A stretch of 32,000 nt of DNA, from the NCBI GenBank assembly GCA_026387835.1, contig JAPLKZ010000010.1, positions 60,001 to 92,000 on the forward strand, given 5' to 3'. The notes under the pieces are model-generated. The model saw only the letters and a program-made list of their open reading frames with translations. It was not told the origin of the DNA and ran no database searches. This document shows, in pieces, positions 1 through 9,872 of the stretch. A program made the translations under genes and the position numbers. The stretch's first letter is position 1. The number at the start of each line of letters is the position of its first letter. This stretch comes from Candidatus Saganbacteria bacterium (GTDB lineage Bacteria; Margulisbacteria; WOR-1; JAKLHX01).

Positions 1-882
1 GCCCGGCATCTGCTCTTCTCTCAATCGGATAATACAATGGTCAAGAAATTTATCCCCTAAAACGCGGTCCTTGAGCGGGCCGCAGAACAGATCATCGAAG
101 GGGGTTTCCTGTCTGTCAATAAAAGGGTTCGGTTTAAAAACAGGGAGCAGTGTCTCTCCCTTCACGAACGGATCGGTTTTTGTCCGGATAAAGCTGTCTC
201 CGGCGAGACTTATCATGACTTCGCTCCTCTTTTGTCCCTTTGGGATCTTAAAATAAGCATGGTCGGTGTCTGAAAAGAATGTCGGAACATTGCCGGGATT
301 GGAAGGGTAAGTGCTCCTTCCCAGAACCCCGTCTGTCAAACTGATCGTCTGGAACAATTGAATAGTTGAGAACCACTCTGTCTCCGGTATAGTAGCCGTT
401 GCGGTGATCGCCGCGGAATTATTGCAGGTATTTAAATTCACATCTACAATTTTCCATTCAAGAAGCGACCCGTACCCGTGAAGCCCGAGCCCGTGAAGCA
501 TTACACCGTCTGCATCCACAGGTATCACCTGTGTGTGGCCGTTGATTTTTATAGTTCTCATACCGTCTCCGTATTTCTCAATCGCCTTGACCCTGTTCTG
601 CACCGGACAAATATAAGCACCGAACATCGCGCTGCCCCAGGTGCGGCGTTCATCGTTACCGATCCAGCCCACGGATTGCCGGTAAGACGGCATGGTCCTT
701 ATCAGGTCCACCCGTCTGCCGCTGTTATCCGTTCCTTTGATATCCAGGACAGTCATCCCTTTTAAGCGGACACCAACCGTGTCGATAATTCCTTTTCTGC
801 CTTTATTATGCAACACGAAGACATCATCACTGGCGTTTTTGGTCCCGAAATGTAGGGCTTTGATTCCGCAAGTATTTCCCAT
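1..882 (-). CDS. Aldose 1-epimerase-like (galactose mutarotase fold) protein, C-terminus cut off by window edge
   Basis: Hand translation of the minus strand from ATG at 882..880 gives an open frame to base 1 (MGNTCGIKALHFGTKNASDDVFVLHNKGRKGIIDTVGVRLKGMTVLDIKG...DHAYFKIPKGQKRSEVM...GPLKDRVLGDKFLDHCIIRL). RBS-like AAAAGGAG lies upstream. The FLDHC-like segment and overall pattern resemble the aldose epimerase family. Missing from the ORF track because it has no stop in the window. Confidence 0.65.
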   Translation of the reverse strand, partial: MGNTCGIKALHFGTKNASDDVFVLHNKGRKGIIDTVGVRLKGMTVLDIKGTDNSGRRVDLIRTMPSYRQSVGWIGNDERRTWGSAMFGAYICPVQNRVKAIEKYGDGMRTIKINGHTQVIPVDADGVMLHGLGLHGYGSLLEWKIVDVNLNTCNNSAAITATATIPETEWFSTIQLFQTISLTDGVLGRSTYPSNPGNVPTFFSDTDHAYFKIPKGQKRSEVMISLAGDSFIRTKTDPFVKGETLLPVFKPNPFIDRQETPFDDLFCGPLKDRVLGDKFLDHCIIRLREEQMPG

Positions 883-974
883 TCTTTTTATTCTCCTTTT
901 ATATTTGTGTTAACTTCGACTATATTCTTATCGAACGTTATTTTCAGAAATTTCACTGAAAATGCTATAATTCC

Positions 975-1703
975 ATGGTAATGCCAAAGACTAAGCCGCA
1001 CAAAAAACAGCCGTTAAAAGAACAGATATTGGCCTTCAGCGAGATAAGCAAGGCGATCTCCTCTGACCTGTCGCTTGATGACATATTGCGCCTGGTCGTG
1101 AACGTCACCGCGAAGCTTTTAAAATCTAGCATCTGCTCCATCCAGCTCATCGACAAGGAGAAAAAAGAGCTCGTGATCCGCGCCACGCACAGCATGAGCG
1201 AGGAGTACAATAAAAAACCGCCGCTCAGGATCGGCGAAGGCATCGCCGGCAAAGTTGTGCTGGAGAACAGGCCGATAGTCGTGAAAGACATCGCGAAGGA
1301 ACCGGAATACAAATATAGGGATATCGCCAGGAAAGAAAAGCTCAGATCATTACTCTGCGTTCCGCTTACTGTAAAAGGAAAGGTCATCGGCGTGGTAAAT
1401 TCGTACACTTCAAGACCACACTCCTTCACTCATACCGAGATCGCAGTCCTGTCTTCGATCGCATGCCTCGCGGCCGTAGCCATTGAAAACACGGATATAC
1501 TGACCATGGCCCACGATATGGAAGAAGAGCTCAGGACGAGAAAACTTGTCGAAAGGGCCAAAGGCATCCTCATGAGGGACGAGAAACTGACCGAGGAAGA
1601 GGCTTATCTCAAGCTCCAGAAGTTCTCGATGGATTCCCGCAAAAGTATGAAGGATATTGCGGAGTCCCTGATAGTAAGTTATAATCTGAGAAGATTAAGG
1701 TAA
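975..1703 (+). CDS. GAF domain + ANTAR domain transcription antitermination regulator
   Basis: N-terminal GAF-like region (ISSDLSLDDILRLVVNVTAKLLKSSICSIQLID...RSLLCVPLTVKGKVIGVVN); C-terminal ANTAR signature (LVERAKGILMRDEKLTEEEAYLKLQKFSMDSRKSMKDIAESLI). An alternative start is ATG at 981. Confidence 0.88.
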   Translation: MVMPKTKPHKKQPLKEQILAFSEISKAISSDLSLDDILRLVVNVTAKLLKSSICSIQLIDKEKKELVIRATHSMSEEYNKKPPLRIGEGIAGKVVLENRPIVVKDIAKEPEYKYRDIARKEKLRSLLCVPLTVKGKVIGVVNSYTSRPHSFTHTEIAVLSSIACLAAVAIENTDILTMAHDMEEELRTRKLVERAKGILMRDEKLTEEEAYLKLQKFSMDSRKSMKDIAESLIVSYNLRRLR

Positions 1704-3120
<1,417 letters not shown>

Positions 3121-3143
3121 AAAAACGGTTTCTGGATACAAGG

Positions 3144-3168
3144 AGGGGCGGGTTTTCGCCCCTTTTTG
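3144..3168 (+). terminator. Rho-independent terminator downstream of gdhA
   Basis: GGGGCG(3145-3150)-GGTTTT-CGCCCC(3157-3162) followed by TTTTTG. Confidence 0.75.
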
Positions 3169-3196
3169 TTATTTATCACCGTGTTATCATTAATAT

Positions 3197-4777
3197 ATGC
3201 ATGATGTCCTTGAAGAGAAAATACTTCCTTTTGTCCTGAAACCCGCAAGATACACCGGCAGTGAACTCAATTCCATTCACAAAAAAGACGAGGACGATTA
3301 CAATGACAAGATAAAGATCGCCCTTTCCTATCCTGACACGTATGAGATCGGAATGTCGAATTACGGTCTTCAGATCCTTTATCACATCCTGAACAAAAGG
3401 CAGGATGTCGCCTGCGAAAGGGTTTTCGCGCCCTGGCCGGATATGGAACAAAAGCTGAAAGAACAAGACATCCCGTTATTTTCGCTCGAATCACAGGTGC
3501 CAATAAAAGATTTTGATATTTTGGGCTTTTCGCTGGAGAACGAGCTCACGTATACGAATGTCCTGTATTTGCTTGAGTCGGCAAAGATACCTTTACACAG
3601 AAGAGAAAGGGACAAGACACATCCACTGATCATCGCGGGCGGAGCATGCACCAACAATCCGCTTCCGATGTCGGATTTTATCGACGCGTTCGTCATCGGC
3701 GATGGTGAAGAGGTCATCCTCGAGATGATAGATGTATATATTAAATATAGGGGTTCGCGGCCGCGGTCCCTGGAAGCGTTGTCCAAGATCGAAGGCGTCT
3801 ATGTTCCGGACCATAATGAATTAAAAAGCGTCAAACGCCGTATCGTTAAGGACATCAACACGATCGACTATCCCACAAGACCGATAGTGCCCTTTATAGA
3901 GATAGTCCACGACAGGGCGGCTGTCGAAATAATGCGCGGATGCCCCAGAAGATGCGCCTTCTGCCAGGCGGGGAATACTACCAAGCCCGTCCGTCTTCTC
4001 AGTCCCGAAAAGATAAAAGAACTTTCAAACCGTATCCTTGAAAATACGGGATTTGAGGAATTATCGTTCATCTCGCTTTCAAGCAGCGATTATCCGGGCC
4101 TTATCGGGATCGCAAAAGAACTCGGACAGAAGTTCGCGAAGAAAAGGATATCGATATCTCTTCCGTCACTGCGGCCGGACTCGTTCAAAAAAGACATGGC
4201 AGGTGAGATACAGAACGTCAGGAGGTCAGGTGTCACGCTCGCGCCCGAAGCAGGGACCCAGCGTCTCAGAGACCTGATATGCAAAGACCTGACGGAAGAA
4301 GAAATAATATCTTCATGCGTCAGCGCGTTCTCTTCCGGCGCCAACTCCGTGAAGCTCTATTTCATGATCGGGCTTCCGACCGAGACTGAAGAGGACATAA
4401 AAGCAATCGTGGAGCTTTCCAACAAAATAATCGGAGAAGGAAAACGGGCAAATCCTAGGGCAAGGATAACAGTGAATGCCTCGACCTTTGTCCCGAAAAA
4501 GAACACTCCTTTTGAGAATGAGAAAATGATCTCGCTTGAGGAGACGAGAAGAAAACAGGACTATCTGAAGCATAACCTGAAGCACCGCGGGATCGAGCTT
4601 AAATGGCATTCCCCTGAAATGAGCAGTATCGAAGGTCTCCTTTCAGCCGGAGATGAAAAGACGGGGCAAGTGATCAAAAAAGCCTTTGATCTCGGCTGCA
4701 GGTTCGACAACTGGACGGAATATTTTGACTTTTCAAAATGGGAGAAAGCTCTTGCAGAGAATAAGAATAAAATATAA
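3197..4777 (+). CDS. TIGR03960-type B12-binding/radical SAM protein
   Basis: 526 aa; YPDTYEIGMSNYGLQILYHILN, radical SAM motif MRGCPRRCAFCQAG (CX3CX2C), TLAPEAGTQRLRDLICKDLTEEEI, ending with the characteristic GLLSAGDEKTGQVIKKAFDLGCRFDNWTEYFDFSKW. Confidence 0.9.
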   Translation: MHDVLEEKILPFVLKPARYTGSELNSIHKKDEDDYNDKIKIALSYPDTYEIGMSNYGLQILYHILNKRQDVACERVFAPWPDMEQKLKEQDIPLFSLESQVPIKDFDILGFSLENELTYTNVLYLLESAKIPLHRRERDKTHPLIIAGGACTNNPLPMSDFIDAFVIGDGEEVILEMIDVYIKYRGSRPRSLEALSKIEGVYVPDHNELKSVKRRIVKDINTIDYPTRPIVPFIEIVHDRAAVEIMRGCPRRCAFCQAGNTTKPVRLLSPEKIKELSNRILENTGFEELSFISLSSSDYPGLIGIAKELGQKFAKKRISISLPSLRPDSFKKDMAGEIQNVRRSGVTLAPEAGTQRLRDLICKDLTEEEIISSCVSAFSSGANSVKLYFMIGLPTETEEDIKAIVELSNKIIGEGKRANPRARITVNASTFVPKKNTPFENEKMISLEETRRKQDYLKHNLKHRGIELKWHSPEMSSIEGLLSAGDEKTGQVIKKAFDLGCRFDNWTEYFDFSKWEKALAENKNKI

Positions 4778-5342
4778 AAAAGGCGATGAGCTGAAGTTTA
4801 TCGGGCATCTTGACCTTGTCAGGCTGTGGGAACGCGCGCTGAGAAGGACCGATCTTCCCCTGGCTTACAGCGAAGGGTTCAATCCGAGGCAAAAGATGTC
4901 GTTCGGCCCGCCGCTGTCGCTCGGAATAACCTCCGAATGCGAGTTCATCGATATTTATTTTGAAAGATGGAACAGCCCGGAGACCGTCAAGGAGGAACTC
5001 AACAGGACGCTGCCTAAAGGGGTGGAGATAACAGAAGCCAGAAATATCTTTTCAGGCACAACTGCCTTAACCGCTCAGATCACAACCGCAAAATATCAGG
5101 CCACGTCTCCGGACGACATTCAAAAAAGAATAGATGAAATAACCGCTTCCAGGGAGATCATCGTCAAAAGGAAAGATAAAGACGTAAACATCCGTCCGAT
5201 GATAAAAACCCTGTCCTTTGTTGACGGAAAACTGGACATCACCGTCCAGTGCAGCAATACAGGGAGCGTGAAAGCGAGCGAGATATTCGGATTATTCCCT
5301 GATGCAAAGATCGAAGGCATGAAAAGAACAGCTCTATCTTAA
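4752..5342 (+). CDS. TIGR03936/DUF2344-family radical-SAM-associated protein
   Basis: Within ORF 4686..5342; conserved start-region pattern RIKYKKGDELKFIGHLDLVRLWERALRRTDLPLAYSEGFNPRQKMSFGPPLSLG. Homology begins just after an in-frame TTG at 4752, so the gene overlaps the 3' end of the upstream radical SAM gene. Exact start uncertain. Confidence 0.8.
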   Translation: MQRIRIKYKKGDELKFIGHLDLVRLWERALRRTDLPLAYSEGFNPRQKMSFGPPLSLGITSECEFIDIYFERWNSPETVKEELNRTLPKGVEITEARNIFSGTTALTAQITTAKYQATSPDDIQKRIDEITASREIIVKRKDKDVNIRPMIKTLSFVDGKLDITVQCSNTGSVKASEIFGLFPDAKIEGMKRTALS

Positions 5343-5393
5343 GTCTTCCTTCATCGAATCTTCATCTAGATTTTTTACATTTGAGAATCATCT

Positions 5394-6671
5394 TTATATC
5401 CCATAAGCTTCTTCGGCTTTTTCAAGCGCTCTCATCTGGACTTCTGCCCTGTAGAGTATAAGGTCTTCCGGCTCTCCGTTCTTTAATTCCCAGTATTTGT
5501 TCCCGACCAGTGAATCCGCAAAGGACCTCATCGACAGCACATAGAGGTAATGCATAAATGATTGCACGGCCAGGCCCCTCAGAGTACGGATCCGTGATGA
5601 AGTATAATATTCCGTCGCCCTGCCAAAATAACCGCTGATTATCGCATCGACTATTTTTTTGTCGACACATACTTGATCGATGTCTTTTGGCTCCTCTCCT
5701 GCCGGATTTCCGGCCGACCTCAACGCATCCCCGAGGTCGTCAAGCTTATTGCCTTTTTGAATCGTATCCAGGTCTATCCACGCAGCAACAACAAGCTTGC
5801 CTTTTTCATTCAGAGAAAAGACCGCGTTGGTGATCTTTGTGTCGCCGTGAGTTGAAGCGTCACCCGCAGGTTCGAGTACATCCAAAAGCCGGGTCCTGCT
5901 TTTGATCTTTTTAAATAACGTATCGATCCTTGACCTGTATGTACCGCGCATTTTATCGCTCATCCTGACGGTTATGCTTTTGTCCTGGCAAAGGCTTAAA
6001 ACAGGAGATCCGCCGTTCATGACCGAGATAAGATAATCATAATGGTATCTAGCGTTATGGAAATTGGGAAGGGGCATTTCTAATCTTTTATACGGGACAA
6101 GGTCCAATATCCTTCCGAATACCGCGATCGAATCTCCCAGTGACCTCGCCGCTTCAATCCGCATTGACTGCGGGATACTGCTGAATCTTTCAAAAATAAA
6201 AATATTCCCGGGAATGAAGTTCATCGCCCTCCACGGGGATCCCTTCCTGTCAAATAAGATCACATTGTCTGAACCAATACCTGCTGCCTTAAAAACAATG
6301 TCCTTCCAATGGACCGGCAGATCCCCCTGGCTTCTTGCCCGGGCTTGGGCATCTATGAATAATCGGAGATTGGCTGCGATAGCTTTGGGGTTGAACACTT
6401 GCCCGAGGTTTTGGACAACAAACCTTCTCGTTTCGCTTGCCTTATCCGTCTCCGCCACGATCCAGGTCCTGTTTATATGCCCTGTCACATCCTGGACAAC
6501 TGAACATGCCGGTATATTCAACGGCCTTCCCAAAGCGAACCTGTCCGCTTGTTTTAAGACCAGCGATCTTGTCGGACGGTCGACAGCGCTAAAAACCACA
6601 TCGGATCTTATCTTTGACATAAATATCTCGTTCCTGAAAAATATATCTTTACAAATATGTATCGAACGCAT
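5394..6671 (-). CDS. APH/NahK-like (N-acetylhexosamine 1-kinase-like) phosphotransferase
   Basis: 425 aa; Brenner-type catalytic motif THGDTKITNAVF, metal-binding WIDLDTIQKG, then DDLGDALRSAGN as in NahK-like kinases. The start could be the internal MSKIRSD. Confidence 0.65.
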   Translation of the reverse strand: MRSIHICKDIFFRNEIFMSKIRSDVVFSAVDRPTRSLVLKQADRFALGRPLNIPACSVVQDVTGHINRTWIVAETDKASETRRFVVQNLGQVFNPKAIAANLRLFIDAQARARSQGDLPVHWKDIVFKAAGIGSDNVILFDRKGSPWRAMNFIPGNIFIFERFSSIPQSMRIEAARSLGDSIAVFGRILDLVPYKRLEMPLPNFHNARYHYDYLISVMNGGSPVLSLCQDKSITVRMSDKMRGTYRSRIDTLFKKIKSRTRLLDVLEPAGDASTHGDTKITNAVFSLNEKGKLVVAAWIDLDTIQKGNKLDDLGDALRSAGNPAGEEPKDIDQVCVDKKIVDAIISGYFGRATEYYTSSRIRTLRGLAVQSFMHYLYVLSMRSFADSLVGNKYWELKNGEPEDLILYRAEVQMRALEKAEEAYGI

Positions 6672-6724
6672 TTCAGTAAAATTGCAGCTGATTTTTAGAA
6701 CAGAAAATAACAGCGGGGTTTTGT

Positions 6725-7207
6725 TTAATTCAACTCGCCGTCCGGCGGCAGGTCCCTGAAATCGTCCATCGGCCCCTCTAAGCCTTCCGGGGGAAGCTCC
6801 TCTCCGATGACACCCATCCCGACCATCGTATCAGCGACATACCTGAAAGGAGGATATGCCTGTTTTTTAGTGTCGGGGATTATCTTGATTATCCTGTTCG
6901 TGCTGTGGAGTTCATAAAGGGTCTGGTCCTCCTTTATTTTTTTAACCCTGAGGTAGTCTACGGAGCTTACATTAATGTATATGCGGCCGTTCAAAAATAA
7001 TGTGGGGTCCTCGGAGTTGGAAGAAACGCGCATTATGAAGCCTTTGCCTTTATTTACGACCCTTTCGCCTTCGACTTCGTAGTACGTGACAAATCCCAGG
7101 TCCCACAAAAGGTTCATGATATCCCTTTTAGCATAGATGATCCCGTCATTGACGATAAACTGGAGGTCTTTTTTCTTATTATTGTCAGGTCGATTGTTCA
7201 TGTTCAT
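6725..7207 (-). CDS. Hypothetical protein, 160 aa
   Basis: Open frame immediately downstream of trpF on the same strand, plausible composition; no family recognised (MNMNNRPDNNKKKDLQFIVNDGIIYAKRDIMNLLWDLGFVTYYEVEG...). Confidence 0.65.
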   Translation of the reverse strand: MNMNNRPDNNKKKDLQFIVNDGIIYAKRDIMNLLWDLGFVTYYEVEGERVVNKGKGFIMRVSSNSEDPTLFLNGRIYINVSSVDYLRVKKIKEDQTLYELHSTNRIIKIIPDTKKQAYPPFRYVADTMVGMGVIGEELPPEGLEGPMDDFRDLPPDGELN

Positions 7208-7214
7208 CTTTTGT

Positions 7215-7835
7215 TTATATTATACAGCCGCCTTTTGCGATTGCAATGACCGTTTTCATTTTTTTTGCACTTTTCCTGCCGGGCAATATTTCGACCCCGC
7301 TTGAGATATCGACCGCGTACGGCCTGACCGTTTTTATTGCCGGGGAAAGATTTTTTTCATCAAGACCTCCCGAAAGTATGACCGGGATGCCGTACTTTTT
7401 CGCTTTTTTCGCAAGGCTCCAGTCAAACGTCTTTCCTGTCCCGCCGTACTTGTCTTTTGAATAAGCATCGAGAAGTATCGCGCTCACTTTATATTTTTTG
7501 ATCTTCAGAAGGTCTTTTTCGTTTTTTATCCTTACCGCTTTGATCATCCTTGATCTTATTTTTTTACAGTATGAAGGCGTTTCATCCCCGTGCAGCTGCA
7601 CAAGATCAAGCCCGCAGGCCCTGACGGTCCTGTTTACCCTTTCAGCGCCTTCATTGACGAACACTCCGACCCTTATGATACGCCAGGGAAGCTTCAGTAC
7701 TATTTCTTTTGCTTTTTCAGGGGATATTTTCCTGGGGCTTTTTGCAAAAACGAAACCGAGCGCGTCGGCGCCCAGGGCAGCCGCGTCAAGAGCGTCTTTC
7801 AGGTTGGTTATCCCGCAGATTTTAACCTTTGTCAC
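7215..7835 (-). CDS. trpF: Phosphoribosylanthranilate isomerase
   Basis: 206 aa; MTKVKICGITNLKDALDAAALGADALGFVFAKSPRKISPEKA, VQLHGDE, LLDAYSKDKYGGTGKTFDWS, ILSGGLDEKN; overlaps the trpC stop by 4 nt. Confidence 0.96.
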   Translation of the reverse strand: MTKVKICGITNLKDALDAAALGADALGFVFAKSPRKISPEKAKEIVLKLPWRIIRVGVFVNEGAERVNRTVRACGLDLVQLHGDETPSYCKKIRSRMIKAVRIKNEKDLLKIKKYKVSAILLDAYSKDKYGGTGKTFDWSLAKKAKKYGIPVILSGGLDEKNLSPAIKTVRPYAVDISSGVEILPGRKSAKKMKTVIAIAKGGCII

Positions 7836-8599
7836 GAGACGAGCTCTTTGACTGTTTCCCCTATGTCATGGGACCTCATCAGTTCCTCTCCCATCAGGAC
7901 AGCATTGACGCCGGCCTTTTTCAGGGCCCTGATATCTTCCCTGCTCTTTATTTTAGGGACGAGTTTTATCAGATCAAGCGTTGTGCCGATATCGACGTTG
8001 AACGTATTGAGGTCGCGGTTGTTGATGCCGATAATTAAAGGGCGCGCGGCGCTTGGGGCCGGGCTCATAAATATGTCGGCAACCCTCGACAATTCTTCTT
8101 TGGTATGGACCTCGATGACCGCGCTCATTTCAAGCTGCCTTGTCAGATCAGAAAAGGAGTCAAGCTGGTCGTCCGACAGGACCGCGGCGATAAGAAGTAC
8201 CGCGTCGGCGCCGAAAGCGCGGGCTTCGAATATCTGGTATTCGTCGATAATAAAATCCTTGCGGAGCACAGGGATGTCCACATTTTGCGCCACGTTCGCG
8301 AGATCTTTTATGCTGCCGCCGAAATATTTTTCATCCGTGAGGACCGATACTGCCGAGGCTCCCGACCTTTCATATTCTTTCGCGATCGCCACCGGATCAA
8401 AGTCTTCTTTTATCACGCCTGCCGAAGGGGAAGCTTTTTTCACTTCGGCGATCAGCGACACCGGTTTTGACACGGCCTTTGCAAAGTCTTTCGGTTTTTT
8501 TGCAAGATCGATAAGCTCCAGGAAATCGCTGATGTCGGTTTCCCTGTCCTTTATCGATATCTCAAGATTCTTGTTTGCCACTATCTCATCGAGTATCAT
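7832..8599 (-). CDS. trpC: Indole-3-glycerol phosphate synthase
   Basis: 255 aa; LIAEVKKASPSAGVI, YERSGASAVSVLTDEKYFGGS, VPVLRKDFIIDEYQIFEARAFGADAVLLI, IGINNRDLNTFNVD, GVNAVLMGEELMRS. Confidence 0.97.
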   Translation of the reverse strand: MILDEIVANKNLEISIKDRETDISDFLELIDLAKKPKDFAKAVSKPVSLIAEVKKASPSAGVIKEDFDPVAIAKEYERSGASAVSVLTDEKYFGGSIKDLANVAQNVDIPVLRKDFIIDEYQIFEARAFGADAVLLIAAVLSDDQLDSFSDLTRQLEMSAVIEVHTKEELSRVADIFMSPAPSAARPLIIGINNRDLNTFNVDIGTTLDLIKLVPKIKSREDIRALKKAGVNAVLMGEELMRSHDIGETVKELVS

Positions 8600-8618
8600 A
8601 ATAAAAACTATATATTAG

Positions 8619-8647
8619 TTGTTTGAGAGATTCAAGCAAGATATAAT
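8619..8647 (+). promoter_or_regulatory. Candidate sigma-70-type promoter for rsmH
   Basis: TTGTTT(8619-8624) - 17 nt - TATAAT(8642-8647), 17 nt before the ATG at 8665. Confidence 0.5.
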
Positions 8648-8664
8648 CAGGAAAGCTTATAACA

Positions 8665-9579
8665 ATGACATACCACACCAGCGTCCTATTAAAAGAAACT
8701 ATTGGACTGCTAAACCCGCGGCCTGCGGGCTTTTGGGTGGACGCCACCGCGGGAGCGGGAGGTCATTCCGCAGAGATCCTTAAAAGGATCGTCCCCGGCG
8801 GAAAACTCATCCTGCTCGACAAAGACAGCGACGCGATAAAAGAAGCGGAAAAGAACCTCAGGGAATATGACGGCCACACGATCTTTGTCAACGATAGTTT
8901 CTCGGACCTGCGAACGATCCTGTTCTCCATGAACATCGCGTCGATAAACGGCGCTTTGTTCGATCTGGGCGTCTCGTCTTTCCAGATCGATACTCCCGAA
9001 AAAGGGTTCAGCTTCATGAGGGAAGGTCCGCTTGATATGAGGATGGATAAAAGGAACCCCCTGACCGCCGGATCGGTCGTCAACGACTACCGCGAAGAGG
9101 AACTGGTAAATATTATCAGAGAATTCGGCGAGGAGCGTTTTGCAAAAAGGATCGCGTCAAATATTGTAAAACATAGACCGTTAAACACTACAAAAGAGCT
9201 TGCCGCTGTGATACAGAAATCGGTCCCCTTCAAGAACAAGATCGACAGCGTGGTCCGTGTTTTTCAGGCGGTACGCATTGAAGTCAACGGTGAACTTGAC
9301 GATCTGAAAAGCGGCCTGAAACAGGCCGCGGGCCTTCTTGAAAAAGGGGGCAGGATCGCGGTATTATCTTACCATAGCCTTGAGGACAGGATCGTCAAGA
9401 ACTTTTTCAGGGAAGAAGCGTCCGGCTGCATCTGCGACAAGAGAATGCCCGCGTGCACGTGCGGCCATCAGAAAAGCTTGGATATATTGACAAAAAAACC
9501 TGTGCCGCCGAGCGACGATGAGATCAAGGCGAACCCGCGCTCAAGAAGCGCGAAACTGAGGGCTGCTGAAAAAATATGA
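8665..9579 (+). CDS. rsmH: 16S rRNA (cytosine(1402)-N4)-methyltransferase
   Basis: 304 aa; YHTSVLLKETIGLLNPRPAGFWVDATAGAGGHS, GALFDLGVSSFQIDTPEKGFSFMREGPLDMRMD, YHSLEDRIVKNFF. Confidence 0.97.
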   Translation: MTYHTSVLLKETIGLLNPRPAGFWVDATAGAGGHSAEILKRIVPGGKLILLDKDSDAIKEAEKNLREYDGHTIFVNDSFSDLRTILFSMNIASINGALFDLGVSSFQIDTPEKGFSFMREGPLDMRMDKRNPLTAGSVVNDYREEELVNIIREFGEERFAKRIASNIVKHRPLNTTKELAAVIQKSVPFKNKIDSVVRVFQAVRIEVNGELDDLKSGLKQAAGLLEKGGRIAVLSYHSLEDRIVKNFFREEASGCICDKRMPACTCGHQKSLDILTKKPVPPSDDEIKANPRSRSAKLRAAEKI

Positions 9580-9851
9580 GGAACAAAATATTTATTTTCT
9601 TTTTTTTGGTGTTCTCAATGGCGATAGTCCATCTCATGATCTACACCAAGACCGCCGAGCTGGGTTACGCGGCCGGCGAAAACAAGAACGCTTTGAACGA
9701 GATAAGGAGCGAAAACAGGACCCTTGCGGCTCAGGCGGCAAGGGAGGAATCACTTGACAGGATAGAGCAGATCGCGAAGACCAGACTGAAAATGGTCGTC
9801 CCCGGAAAAATAAGGTACATCCTTGTGACCGGAGAGAGCCTCTCTGAATGA
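9576..9851 (+). CDS. FtsL-like cell-division protein (small single-TM, coiled-coil)
   Basis: 91 aa, overlaps the rsmH stop by 4 nt; N-terminal TM helix (IFIFFFLVFSMAIVHLMIYT) then helical E/R-rich region ending RIEQIAKTRLKMVVPGKIRYI. The position after rsmH is typical of ftsL. Confidence 0.7.
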   Translation: MRNKIFIFFFLVFSMAIVHLMIYTKTAELGYAAGENKNALNEIRSENRTLAAQAAREESLDRIEQIAKTRLKMVVPGKIRYILVTGESLSE

Positions 9852-9872
9852 CCGCACAGTCCTGCGGCCGGA

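Noticed and set aside
941-962. TTTTCAG-AAATTTCA-CTGAAAA hairpin upstream of the GAF-ANTAR gene as a second ANTAR target
   Set aside because: Single hairpin, AT-rich, 8-nt loop, no partner hairpin and no G at loop position 4.
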